Shown here: positions 52,345 through 64,000 of the stretch, piece by piece
Position numbering within the stretch: position 1 is the first letter of the stretch
Layout: every line of letters begins with the position of its first letter
From: Callorhinchus milii
Taxonomy: Eukaryota
Direction: 5' to 3'
Assembly (NCBI RefSeq): GCF_018977255.1
Contig: NW_024704742.1
Coordinates: 17,114,001-17,178,000, forward strand
Length of the DNA: 64,000 nucleotides
Notes under the pieces: generated by a model
What the model was told of the DNA's origin: nothing
What the model saw: the letters and a program-made list of their open reading frames with translations, nothing else
Databases searched by the model: none
Made by a program: the position numbers and the translations under genes

Positions 52345-53840
52345 AGACCATCCTCCTCCACCGCTTCTCCTCCCTCATCCACCTTAGTGGGACCGCACTC
52401 GCATTGTTTGAGTCCTTCTTAACCAACCGCCTCTATTTCATCTCCGTAAATGGTTTCTCCTCCTGCCCCCGCTCGGGTACCTCGGGGTATCCCAGGGCTC
52501 TATCCTTAGCTCTCTTCCTTGCCTCATCTTTATGCTCCCTCTTGGCGATGTCATCAGCAGACACAGGGTAAACTTCCACATGTATGCCCATGACACACAA
52601 ATCTACTTTGCTGCCTCCAGTATCAACTCCAGGTCCACCGATTTTCTATCAGCTTGTCTGACAGACATCAGAGCCTGGATGAATGCAAACTTCCTGCAGC
52701 TGAATGTGGACAAGACGGAAGCCATACTCTTTGGTTCCCATCAATGTATTCACACCTGCGGATCTGAATTCCTCAACCTCCCTGGGCTCTTGCTCACACT
52801 CATCGAACCAGTGCGCAATAATAATAATAATCCTTGCATTTGATATAGCGCTTTTCACGTCGGGAGGACGTCCCAAAGCGCTTCACAGAATATACTGTAA
52901 AGTGAATTGACTGTATATTTTTGTGGGCGAACCGTGCAGCCAATTGCGCACAGCAATGTCCCACAAACAGTCGTAGATTGAAAAATGACCAATTTATTAT
53001 TGTTTTTTTTTTTGGAGGGATATATTATTAGGCTTGTGGAGTAAGGAAACTTGCCCAAGGGTTCGCCCTCTGCCTGGAATTGAACTCAGGTCTCTCGCTT
53101 CCAAAGCGAGTGCTCTAACCACTGAGCTACAGGACTCCAAATCCAATCTAGGCGTCCAGTTCGACCCCCAGCTGTCCTTCCTCCCCCACATCGATGCTGA
53201 ACAAGACCACCTTCCTCCACCTCCACCACATTGCCCGCCTTTGACCATACCTACCCCAAGTGCAGCCGAAACCCTCATACATGCTTTTGTCACATCCCGC
53301 CTGGATTATTCCAATGCACTCCTCGCCTGTCTCCCCAGCTCCACTATTCAAAAAATCCAGCTCATTCAGAACTCTGTTGCCCTCATATTTACCCGGACCA
53401 AATGCCATACCCACATCTCACCAGTTCTGGCCAGGCTCACTGGCTCCCCATCACCGAACGGATCAACTTCAAGATCCTCGTATTCAAATCCCTTCACTCT
53501 CTGGAACCTCTCCAATCTCCTCACTCCCCAATCCACCACTAGGCGCCTCCACTCGATTGGCACCGGCCTCCTGGTTGTCCCTCGCACCCTCTGCTCCAAC
53601 ATTGGAGGTCGCACTTTCACTGCGCCCCGAAACTCTGGAACACTTTTCCCCAATCCCTCCGCCTTGCCCCCTCTCTCCCTTTTTTCAACTCCCGCCTGAA
53701 AACCTTCTTTTTCGACCATGCTTACAGTCACCTCCCCCTACCTCCACCGCTCGGAATGAAGCTCCACTATTGTTAAGTGCTCTGAGATGCTACTCTGCAT
53801 GGAAGGTGTTATATAAGTGCGAGTTGTTGTTGTTGTTATT
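52345..53840 (+). mobile_element. L2 LINE, 5'-truncated and degraded, with a SINE insertion
   Basis: MLPLGDVISRHRVNFHMYAHDTQIY, NFLQLNVDKTEA, AETLIHAFVTSRLDYSNALL and a (TTG)n tail. Confidence 0.93.
52817..53139 (-). mobile_element. tRNA-headed SINE, full length, inside L2
   Basis: Consensus match. It splits L2 at PVRN|LGVQFD. Confidence 0.95.
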
Positions 53841-55269
53841 TTACCCTTTGTTTAGAACCTTTCCATTGAACTGGCTGGAATCACAAAATTCATCTTGTGG
53901 AGAAATCACAGCCCCGGCATGAACTAGAGAGTCCAACCAAGTTTAACAGCAGAGCATGTCTAGACCATCGCATTGTCCTGCCAAGCCACCGAAACATATT
54001 AAGAGTAATGAAACCCCATGAGCAGAGAAGATCTCAGCCTCCAAATCACTCCAGGGTATCTAGGATTCCTCTAATGGACTGTAAAGTTCAGAATGGTGGT
54101 TTTACTACCTTGACAGCAGTTCTTGGTCAATGTGTAGTTTGATTTTTATCGCTGATACCTACATCCATACTGAAAGATTAATGACTGGAACATATATTAG
54201 GAATTGTAAGTTTAAACAAGAGATTAATCACAGTTACTGGGAAATGAAGCAGTCAACAGAAATCATACATGTTTTCATTTTTAATAATAATCCCAGTGAA
54301 TTGCTAAAATAGTTGAAGGTTAAGTAGTGTAGTGGGAGGCAGATACTGGTCTTTCATTATTAGGAACTGGATTTGATTCCAACCAACTCAGTATCTTAAG
54401 TTATAATAACAGTATCTCCAGTATCTTAAGTTATAATTCTACATAAAAAGAGAAAGGGAGTACCGCCTTCCCCCTGCACCAACTCCCCCCTCCCCATGCA
54501 AACAAACTTAATGTCTTCGATTAATGCTGACAATAGTTTTGAAATGCCATAAATTTTACTCCATTATTTTTAAGCAGAAAATAAGTTTTATACAGGTTAC
54601 AGTGCCATTATAGTGTCAGCATTGTCCTTCAGATTTTCTACAGTTGAGTGAGTTTTATGCTCATATACACAATGGCCAGTCTGAAATTGCAAAACATATT
54701 TTACTTGTCAACCATAACAACTTCTGGGTGTGACATTTACAATGTTTGAATTGAAGCCAAAACCTCTTGTACAATACTAAATAAAGAAGTGCATTGCCAG
54801 GGTTTACATTGGTTCACTCAACTCTTTTCATTATTATAGCAAACCCTCTGCCTTTGTTGCGGCTTTTGGCTGTGTAAACCTGACCTGTATTATATTGGTC
54901 ATATAATGAGAATGTCCAGACTAGATAACGGAAATCAGATAGCAATCTCCCTCAGGCAGTGGATGATCAGCCTCAAGTTGACAGATAGGTGAGAGTAAAG
55001 AATCACAGATTCTTCAATGATTGCAAAGGGAAGCCAAATACAGCTAATTTACAACAGTGCATCCAACCGTTTATGTCAATTACTGGTACATGGGCCCATG
55101 TTAGGATATGAATTGTGAGATTTGCAAAACGAGTTATAAACAGTAAATCTGGAACTTTGCTCAATATTCATCTCCAGTCAGATGCCGAAACCACAATCCA
55201 GAAATTGTAATTGAAATCAGAATCCAAATGGAGATGCAGAAAAACACACCCAGCAAACCACAAGATTCA

Positions 55270-55535
55270 TTATTTATAAAACTTGCATTTGATGAAGGGC
55301 ATCACATTGTCAAGCCATCACAAAGCGCTTCCAGGGTTTTACTATGTATTTGGTATAGCAAATGTGGTTGGCAATTTGTGTTCAGCAATGTCTCACAAAC
55401 AGCCACAAAGTGAATGACTAATTTTATTTAGGGGATAATTAGCCCAAACACCAAGAAGAAACTCCCTTCTCTTTTTGAATAGTATCATTGGATTTTTAAA
55501 AGGTAGATGAGATCTCGATTTAATTTCTAATCCAT
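55270..55535 (-). mobile_element. Old Deu-SINE
   Basis: cttgcatttgat...cagcaatgtctcacaaacagcc...tttgaatagt. Confidence 0.7.
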
Positions 55536-55746
55536 CAGATGAATTATTTACTAATCCTTTTGCAATCTCAGAAGTTACACTCCAATGAATGAATTGTTAA
55601 ACCAAGGTCTTGTCTGCCTGTTCAGATGAACGTTAACATTGTGTAACATTGCTGAATGCAATTTAGCTGCCATGTTTGCCTACAAATACAGAGTCATTAA
55701 ACCTAACAGTTAAATCCTGTGAAGCATCTTGAGATATTTTGGTAAT

Positions 55747-56031
55747 GTCCTGTTAGAACACTCGCCTCGCAAGCGAGAGACCTGGGTTCGATTCCCAGCG
55801 GGGTGAGACCTTGGGCAAGTTTCCTTACTCCACACACACCTGATAATAAACCCTCAAGATAAAAAACAATAATAAATTGGTCACTTCAATCCACGGCTGT
55901 TTGTGGAACACTGCCGTGTGCAATTGGCTGCCGCATTTCGCCCACAATATACAGTCAATTCACTTTACAGTATATTCTGTGAAGCGCTTTGAGACTTCTA
56001 GAAAATGTGAAAAGCACTATATCAAATGCAA
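55747..56031 (+). mobile_element. SINE variant (CGC anticodon loop, A-box deleted) nested in an older Deu-SINE (~55595-56140)
   Basis: ctcgc-ctCGCaa-gcgag and ggttcgattcc B-box. Confidence 0.88.
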
Positions 56032-56834
56032 ATAATAAATAATAATAATCCTTGCATTTGATATAGCGCAAGGAATCCAAGGAATATTATTATTGTTATT
56101 ATAATGTGAAAAGGAACTATATAAGATGCAAGGATTGATTATATCTTTTATTGCCCACGTTTTCCCCCCTCCCCCTTAGCTCAGTCTCAGTCTCAAGCAG
56201 TTGTGAAGTGCTTTTTGAGATTTTTCATTATTAGCGTTATATCAAACATAAAGTTTATTATAAATTGCACTAAAAATATTTCCAATTTGTATAATTGGTT
56301 TACAACAGTATGACTCTAATTAAAAACTGTAAAGCTTTGAGCTCCAAGTTGCTCAATCCACACATTTCAAACAAAAATATACTTGAAATGTAAATGTCTG
56401 CGATTATTACAGAAACTGAACTTGAAAATGTTTTCCTTTAATTATTGCAGTCTATATACTGATACAGTTAACGTGGTAAAATTTTCATTGCATTTGTTAC
56501 TTCACGTGTATGAAATTGCTGTGAATAGTTGTTTCATTTGTATTTACCTTTTTGACAAAAGGAAATTATATCTCCTGGTAATTAAGATAGATTGGTCTTT
56601 TGCGTGCGACTCTGTAGCTCTGCTGAAGGGGTCACTGGAAATGGGAACTTATCTTTCTCTTTCAGATCCCAATTGGCCTGCTGTGCATTTCCAGTATTTT
56701 CTGTTTTTATTGCAAATTTCCAGGAACACAGTTATTCTTTTTATCTTTCCTGTTAATTATTGTTTACGGAACACAGACACTCTTCCAGAGCCATGAAAAA
56801 GCACTTTGGGCACAATTTCCATGGTAATTTTCAC

Positions 56835-56925
56835 CCACGAATATACAGTCAATTCTGTGAAGCACTTTGAGACGTCTAGAAGACGTGATAAGGTGCTATA
56901 TCAAATGCAAAGATTATTATTATTA
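56835..56925 (+). mobile_element. SINE 3' fragment
   Basis: gagacgtctagaagacgtg...aaatgcaaagattattatt. Confidence 0.8.
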
Positions 56926-59039
56926 AATAGGTAATCTTATTAGGAATGCTTAATTTTCACCTCCACCATATTTTCCCATTATGACTTCACTTTGTCAACA
57001 TTGATTCATTCACCAATGGCAGGGATAAGCAGTGCCTTGCTCGTCAATGTCAGTAAATTTACTGATGGTCAAAGAATCTGCTCCTGGCTGAGATTAAATA
57101 TACATGAAATGCTGAGATCGCAAAACATTTATTCATGCAGCCCATGGGGAATGCAATGCCCAGCAGAGACAGAATCAATTGGAATATTTAAAGGGGAGAT
57201 GCATTGCAGGTACTCAGGAAGTGAAGCTATTGAAGGATATGAGGAAAAGGCATGGAAATGGGATCAAAGGATCTGTTTTCCCCTAATAAATTGGTAGAAC
57301 AGCCTTCTCCTGTTCCTAGGCTTCCACGTTTTCTCAAAGGTGGAATGTTTCACACCAATCATTGCTGTGGTCCAGTTGCAAGATTGACACAGAAATTTGT
57401 AAGCACTAGATCTGTAAGTCATCTTAGATGTCAATCTCTCACTAGACACAGAAGCCGCAATTCAGAATTCAAAATTCTAGCAGCATCCAAGCAGAATTCC
57501 AGAGGGGCAAATCCAGTGGGTGCAAGCTTCCAAATCCTTTTGGATATCTTGCAATTTAAACCTCTGTGTAAAGAAAATGCAAGGAATAATCTCAGAATTG
57601 ATTTAATTTTACCAATCACAGGTTTCCTTTGAAAGGTATAGGACATCTTGTCAATAAACTGAATGGATTAGCCTGAGTGCAGAGAACTGCATAGATTGCA
57701 TAAGTAATGTGAATAGGAGAGTCAGTGAGACGTCAATAAGAAGTGAATGTAATGCATGAGTAGGCCACAAGACATAGGCTTCCTCTCGGGATCTTGAGAA
57801 AATAATAACCAAAGTGTTAGAATGTGAGGAGTGAGGGCAGCAATAGCTCAATGTAAGACTCTGCTGTTCAACCTGGCAAGCAATGCTCTTGTGGCCTTTT
57901 GTTTTGAGTCACAGAAATAGTTTAGAAATTATATATTTATAATCATCACATCACTGAAAATTTCAGTCAAACCAGGCAATAATTATCAACTTGCTGAAGG
58001 TGTAACTCCGCCCCCCACTCCCCTCACCCAATACCCCCAGACAAACACACACATTTCAAAATGAATGAGCGATATTATTTGGGGGAATGTTGGCCAGGAA
58101 ATACGAGAAAATCCCTTACAATGGAATTTTGATGAGTATTGAGATATTGTAAAAGTGACCAACACTTGAAAAATAGAGCCCACAGTCCCTGACAATTGTT
58201 AAACACTACAGTCAGAAGCACTCCTTTGTTTAAATAGGGTCAGTCCAGGTCATTTATTGGCGTTGAGGTTGCTGAGTGGTTAAGTACATTTGGAAGTTTT
58301 CTTTGGCAAAGTAAACTTTCACTTTGAGAACATTGATTGACAAATCTGATTGTGTTTGGGGAATATTTACTTTACACAGAAGAGGAAGCCCAGAGGACCA
58401 CGTTGAATGACAGATGAACCATTCCAAAAATCAAATAAGGCCACAATATTTACAAACTGTGCCCAGGTTTTCAACAGTTAATAGAACCTGTAAAACACAT
58501 CTTTGTTTTTTAAATCATTTCATCAACTAAGCCAAGGATATGGGACAAGCGGAACTGTAATATTAAGGCTAATCCACAATTAAGAACCAGTTTCCTACCC
58601 CTTGTATATATTCCACCCATCCTGCATTGTACGTTCTGTTTATACTATAAAAATATCAAACAAGGTCCAAATCTTTGCTTGACGCTAGTTAGACTCCTTG
58701 ATAATGGTGGTCGAAAGCTATGGCGACTCTTTGACATTTTAGAAATAAAAGTGTAGTTAAAACAGAAATGTGAAATTGTTAAAAAGCATGAATGGCAAAT
58801 GGGCTGTGTTTGGCAAAAATTTTACCTAATTTTATTATAATAATAATCCCTGCGTTTGGTAAGACATCTGATCACGTCGTTAAAAAGACTCAAAGTGGTT
58901 CACAGGAATTTTCCAAAAGGGTTGTGACTGGTTTTATAGACAAATGCTGCAGACAATTTTTGCACAGCAATAGCCCTCAAACAGCTAGGAATATGGAACT
59001 TTACAATCTAAGATGGCTTGGTGGGTGGGGGTGGAGGGT

Positions 59040-59272
59040 TACATTGTCAGAGATACTGTCCTTTGGATGAAATGCTAAACTGAGGCCCTTCTGCCTTGTC
59101 CACTCTTCAGGTGGATCATGGCACTATTTAAAAAAGGAGTTTCTCCCAGTGTTTTGGCCAACAATCCCCAAATAAAATAAAAATAACCACTTTACAGTAT
59201 ATACTGATAAGTGCTTTAAGATGTCTCAAAGACATGATAATGTGCTACATCAAATGCAAAGATTATTATCAT
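59040..59272 (+). mobile_element. Old Deu-SINE, internally deleted
   Basis: cctttggatgaaatgctaaactgagg...catggcactattt. Confidence 0.75.
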
Positions 59273-59414
59273 TGTAAGGCATCAGTTGCGACAGATCTAT
59301 TTTGAAGGAAAATCTCTCCTCAATCTTCTTCAGAAATAATTTTCAGAAAATATAAAAGTATAAGCGACCATTATGAATGGGTGATTGTTTAAAATAATTG
59401 TAATAAGAAGAAAA

Positions 59415-59737
59415 GAGTCCTGTGGCTCAGTGGTTAGAGCACTCGCTTTGCAAGCGAGAGACCTGAGTTCAATTCCAGGCAGAGGGCGAAACCTTGGGCA
59501 AGTTTCCTTACTCCACACGCCTAATAATAATCCCTCCAAAAACCAAAAACAATAATAAATTGGTCATTTTCAATCTACGACTGTTTGTGGGACATTGCTG
59601 TGCGCAATTGGCTGCCGCGTTCGCCCACAAATATACAGTCAATTCACTTTACAGTGTGTTCTGTGAAGCGCTTTGGGACGTCCTCCTGACGTGAAAAGCG
59701 CTATATCAAATGCAAGGATTATTATTATTATTATTAT
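59415..59737 (+). mobile_element. tRNA-Ala-like-headed SINE, full length
   Basis: Consensus match. Confidence 0.95.
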
Positions 59738-59739
59738 AA

Positions 59740-60045
59740 TATGAACATTGGTAAGGGAGACAGTGACTAGGGGACATAGATTTAAGAGAGCCACAAGAAG
59801 AGCGAAAGGTGAGTTTAGGAGAATATTTTTTCACACAGAGAATTGTTGGGATGTGGAATGCTTTCGCAATTAAGATAACAGAGAAAGTCTATTGTGGATT
59901 TCAAGAGGGAAGTATATGGATATCTGAAAGTTAGAAGCTTGAAGAGGTATAGGGATGGGGCAGAGCAGTGGGATTGAAAATACAGCTTCTTCTGAGAGCC
60001 GATGTAGACTCGATTTACCTCTTTATGCACAATATCTTTCTATAA
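59740..60045 (+). mobile_element. CR1 3' fragment
   Basis: TRGHRFK...FFTQRIVGMWN-like coding remnant. Confidence 0.8.
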
Positions 60046-60130
60046 TATCTTCTGTGCATCCATCTCAAATCCATCTGTGTGAAAGGCATAATAAAAAATG
60101 TAAATTTGTATAGTAAATTTGTATTGTATT

Positions 60131-60441
60131 GTGGAGTTCTGTAGCTCAGTGGTTAGAGCACTCGCCTTGCAAGTGAGACACCTGGGTTCAATTCCAGGCA
60201 GAGGGCGAAACTGGGCAAGTTTCCATACTCCGCACGCCTAATAATAATCCCTCCAAAATAAAACAATAATAAATTGGTCATTTTCAATCCACGACTGTTT
60301 GTGGGACACTGCTGTGCGCAATTGGTTACCGCGTTTCGCCCACAAATATACAGTCAATTCACTTTACAGCGTATTCTGTGAAGCGCTTTGAGACATCTAG
60401 ACGACATGAAAAGCGCTATATCAAATGCAAGGATTATTATT
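60131..60441 (+). mobile_element. tRNA-Ala-like-headed SINE, full length
   Basis: Consensus match. Confidence 0.95.
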
Positions 60442-62439
60442 GTAAATTCATCTGGTCACCCATAAAGTAGCATTGAAACACTGCAGTAGCAATAACAGTT
60501 AGCTAACCTAACCCTAACCCTCATTTGTCATTAACAGCAATAAAAATAGCAATGTTGAAATCAGTTTCATTCATAATGCCATACCCAGGGATCAGGTTTC
60601 CAAACTGTGGCCAGTTTTCTACTAACAGATCGGAAATCGTAATATTTCTTAACAGATTCAATGGTATAATTATTTCATCAGATCTATTAAGAGACATCAC
60701 AATGTTCACCTCATGAATGCTTGGGGATGGAGGGGCACAAATAAACTCTTTTGTCCTAGTAAGCAATACATTCAAATGATATCACACCAATCTGAACCTG
60801 TGAAAAGAGTTTGTTTAAGATAGGCTGAACACTAGAGGTCAGAAATGACTACATTTGTAACAGTTTGGATTTAGGTAATCCTACTATTTTTTTCCCAATA
60901 GAAAAATGATTTATAAAGATTTCTTATTGAGTTTGAAGACAGTTGCTTCTTGTGTTGAAAGATCTCTGCAACACAAAACAAAGAGTTTGTTTTCAGAATG
61001 GAGGCAACTGCCTCGAAAGACCTTTAAAAAAGAGTTTAACATTTTGAATAATGAGGGATGTCACCCACTACCAAGAATCTAACAAAACAAAAAAAGTATT
61101 GTATTAAAGCCAGTAAGAGTTCCCATTGATTAAGCTTCTGGAACAATAGTGGGCACAGGCACAAAACAGTAAGTCTTTCCATGTGTGTTTTACTTTAATA
61201 CTCCAATGATTATCTCCCTCTCACTGTTAAAGGGGAATTCACCCATTTGAAAAAGATGATGCATGCTGTAGAAGTTATTCACAATGAATCCTGCGTCAGA
61301 GGTTTTGGCAAAATACTGCCTATTCATAAAACATCTGTAATATTAGCTTAATGGAGCTCTTCTCCTAGCCTGTGGGGAATGAGTGGGTGACAGAGTCTGT
61401 AGAATCATAGAAATTGCAACACAAAGAAACCGTTCAGCCCATTGTGCTTATGTCATGTTAGTTTCCCTGCCTGAGGTCTCCACTTTGTTCCCATATTCCT
61501 GCTCTTTCCTCTGATTCAGTGGCCTCTCAAAAAAGGAGTGAATCTCTGCAATAAGAACTGAAATTGAAAGGCTCTGTACTCCAAAATTTGAAACAAAGTT
61601 GATGTTGGCTATTAAATTTCCTATTACATGGGTACATCACTATGACTTCTTTCCTCGGGTGTTAGTGAAATTACTCATTCAGATATTGGTGCCAGCTATG
61701 ATTTTCCTTAATTTTGTAAAAAAAATGATCCATGTGGGACGAAGAACTTCAAGCTCCATCTGTGCTTCCTTGCTTACTCCCAAATCGTTATCGAAATGTC
61801 AAGGATATTTTTTGCTCCAATTATTAGTTAGATTTCGTTCCCTGTTACATGGCATGTTCAGCTTGCTAATTGGAGACTGATTTGTGAACTAGTCACTGTG
61901 GCTGCCACAGTCACTGAGTCGATGCTGAGTGACAAACGTTGCACAAATACAGTTCTTGAATAGAACAACTTTAATGGAAAGACTTCCAGCAACTTTTGCC
62001 AATCATAACCACTGTTAAGGGAATACATTCTGAATCATGTGAAAACTGTTCTCTTCACACAAAATGTCAACCATGCTAGTTTATACAAGGGTTTTGACCA
62101 AAACTCACAACCCTGATTTCGATGGCTTGTGTAAACTAGTTGAAAATGTAAGGTAAGTTAAAAAAATCAATAACACTTAAACATTTTGACTATAAATTGA
62201 TTTGTAATTAAGCAGATAAAATGTGTTTTCTTACACGTGATCTTTGGGAATCAAACAGTCTTTAGTGCAGCAATCTTTGGTGCATCTTACATTACATGTC
62301 TGGTAAAGAAATCTGAACCAATTTGATGATAATTGACTAACTTTTGAGGACAAGAACAATAGGAATAAATAGAAATACCTGCTTACAGAGAGCAATTGCA
62401 ATGGTGCTTGGTGAGATCAGCATGACCCCAGCGACCCCA

Positions 62440-62600
62440 AGTCATCGGGAACAGCCACATTATCAGACACCCTAGTTATGATTGTTCTCTGTGTAAAGAA
62501 ATACTTCTTGGTTTCCATCTGAAAATTGCCCTTCACAATGTTGAACTCATGGCCTCTTGATCTGCTGTTTTGACACATCTCAAAGTACCTTAATATTTGC
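62440..62600 (-). mobile_element. CR1 3' fragment
   Basis: SRGHEFNIVKGNFQMETKKYFFTQR. Confidence 0.75.
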
Positions 62601-62631
62601 AATAACACAAGCAAACACCACCTTAGGCAAG

Positions 62632-62772
62632 AATAGTAACAATAATGCTTACATTTAATATAGCACCTTCAGTTCGGGAGGATGTCCCAAAGCGCTTCAC
62701 AGGATATACTGTAAAGTGTAGTGATTGTGTGTTTTGCGGGCAACTGCGGCAGCCAATTTGTGCACAGCAAAA
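62632..62772 (-). mobile_element. SINE 3' fragment
   Basis: gggaggatgtcccaaagcgcttcacag...gcggcagccaatttgtgcacagcaa. Confidence 0.8.
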
Positions 62773-64000
62773 CATAACACATTCAGGAATAAATAGAATG
62801 TAAAGTGTGACTCTGGAGAAACCCAAATGTGACTAATTGTTACATTTATTTGGTGAAAATGCTATGAAATTAAAAAGGCAGGTTTTAGTTTAGAGTCAGT
62901 TACTTGAGATTTACAGTCAGATTACAGAAACTGGATTATATGCATTATGTATAACATCTACTACTTACTGTCTATTAATATGTTTATACACCAATTTGAT
63001 AAATGTTTTGCTGTACATTTATGATTTAAAATGTAAATCGACTATTGCTTTTTCAGAAATCCCTTTTTAATTCTGAGCAGTCAAGCAGGTATTTTGCATA
63101 TTTTTTACTAGCAGTTACATATTGTGCGTAACTGTAATAATAATTAGATATATCATCTATCTTATCATCAAGACATCTCACGCAGCTTCACAGGATTTAC
63201 TGTAGTGACTGGGTATTCTGTAGGCAAATGTTGAATCATGAGGTGAAACCAATCAAATTTCACCATCATTTGTGGCTAAAATTATTTAGCATTGAAAGAA
63301 TTTATTTTGGTGATGACTGCAAAGCACTCATTTTATTGCTAATTCATGTATGTGTGTGTGGCGGAGGGGGTCATCAAATATATAATCCTATAATAATATT
63401 TGCATTCGATGTTGGGATATAGCCCAGGTATTACATGCAGATTAATAAATGCGCACTTGGATTATGATTCACCTTGCCCTGAATTTATAATGGATGCCTG
63501 GCTTAGCCCTGCTGAATTCTCTGCAGGGGGCTTGAGAAAGCTAGAGCCTGTGCTTGAAACCTCAGTGGAGCACTGACCTTTAAATGCACTGGTAGTATTT
63601 TTGAATAGAGACAGTCTTTGTTTTAACATGTCCTTTTCTTAACGATATCCAGGTATTTAATCTGACACCCACAATTTAAATTCCACCTCAATTGGAAACC
63701 ATTTGCCTATAGTTGTTAAAAACAACTGACCTCCAAATTCACACAGAATATTTCAGAATTCTGTGCCATCTTACATTTAACAGAATGAGTGTGATGCCTA
63801 TATTTTAAGCCATATCTGATAACCTCTATCATAAACTGTGACAGATTAAGAAAAGTGAAGACTACCATACGCCAAGTCTGCTCACATTACTGTACCTGGC
63901 AAATGACAAGCACATAAGTTACTGTTGTGGGAGAATGAAAATTAAAAAATAATAATAACCCTTGAATTTGACATAAAGCCTATAATGCCAAAACATTTCA

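Noticed and set aside
59415..59490. tRNA-Ala genes (here and at similar sites)
   Set aside because: These are SINE heads: no paired acceptor stem or T-run terminator, and each continues into the SINE body.
60506..60521. Interstitial telomere array
   Set aside because: Only two to three hexamers.
1..64000. CRISPR arrays, operons, rRNA genes
   Set aside because: Eukaryotic repeat landscape; no repeat-spacer arrays or rRNA motifs were seen.

Overview
Vertebrate, repeat-rich, essentially non-coding window. It is most likely from a cartilaginous fish, inferred from tRNA-headed Deu-domain SINEs ending in (TTA)n plus abundant CR1 and L2 LINEs. No intact protein-coding gene could be identified. The first ~5.5 kb looks like the 5' end of a minus-strand gene: CpG-rich patches, several minus-strand splice donors and candidate UTR exons, interrupted by very large GT/G-rich simple repeats. 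The rest is a mosaic of a young tRNA-Ala-headed SINE, older Deu-SINEs, two L2 RT copies and several CR1 copies, one retaining ORF1. The most interesting items are (1) a decayed, SINE-interrupted plus-strand ORF at ~5.83-6.95 kb whose motif spacing resembles a mononegaviral nucleoprotein (unverified candidate endogenous viral element), (2) a second unexplained decayed ORF at ~45.7-46.7 kb, and (3) a directly visible SINE/L2 shared 3' stem-loop with two loop variants. All family assignments are from reading and recall, not database searches, and the boundaries of old repeats are approximate.
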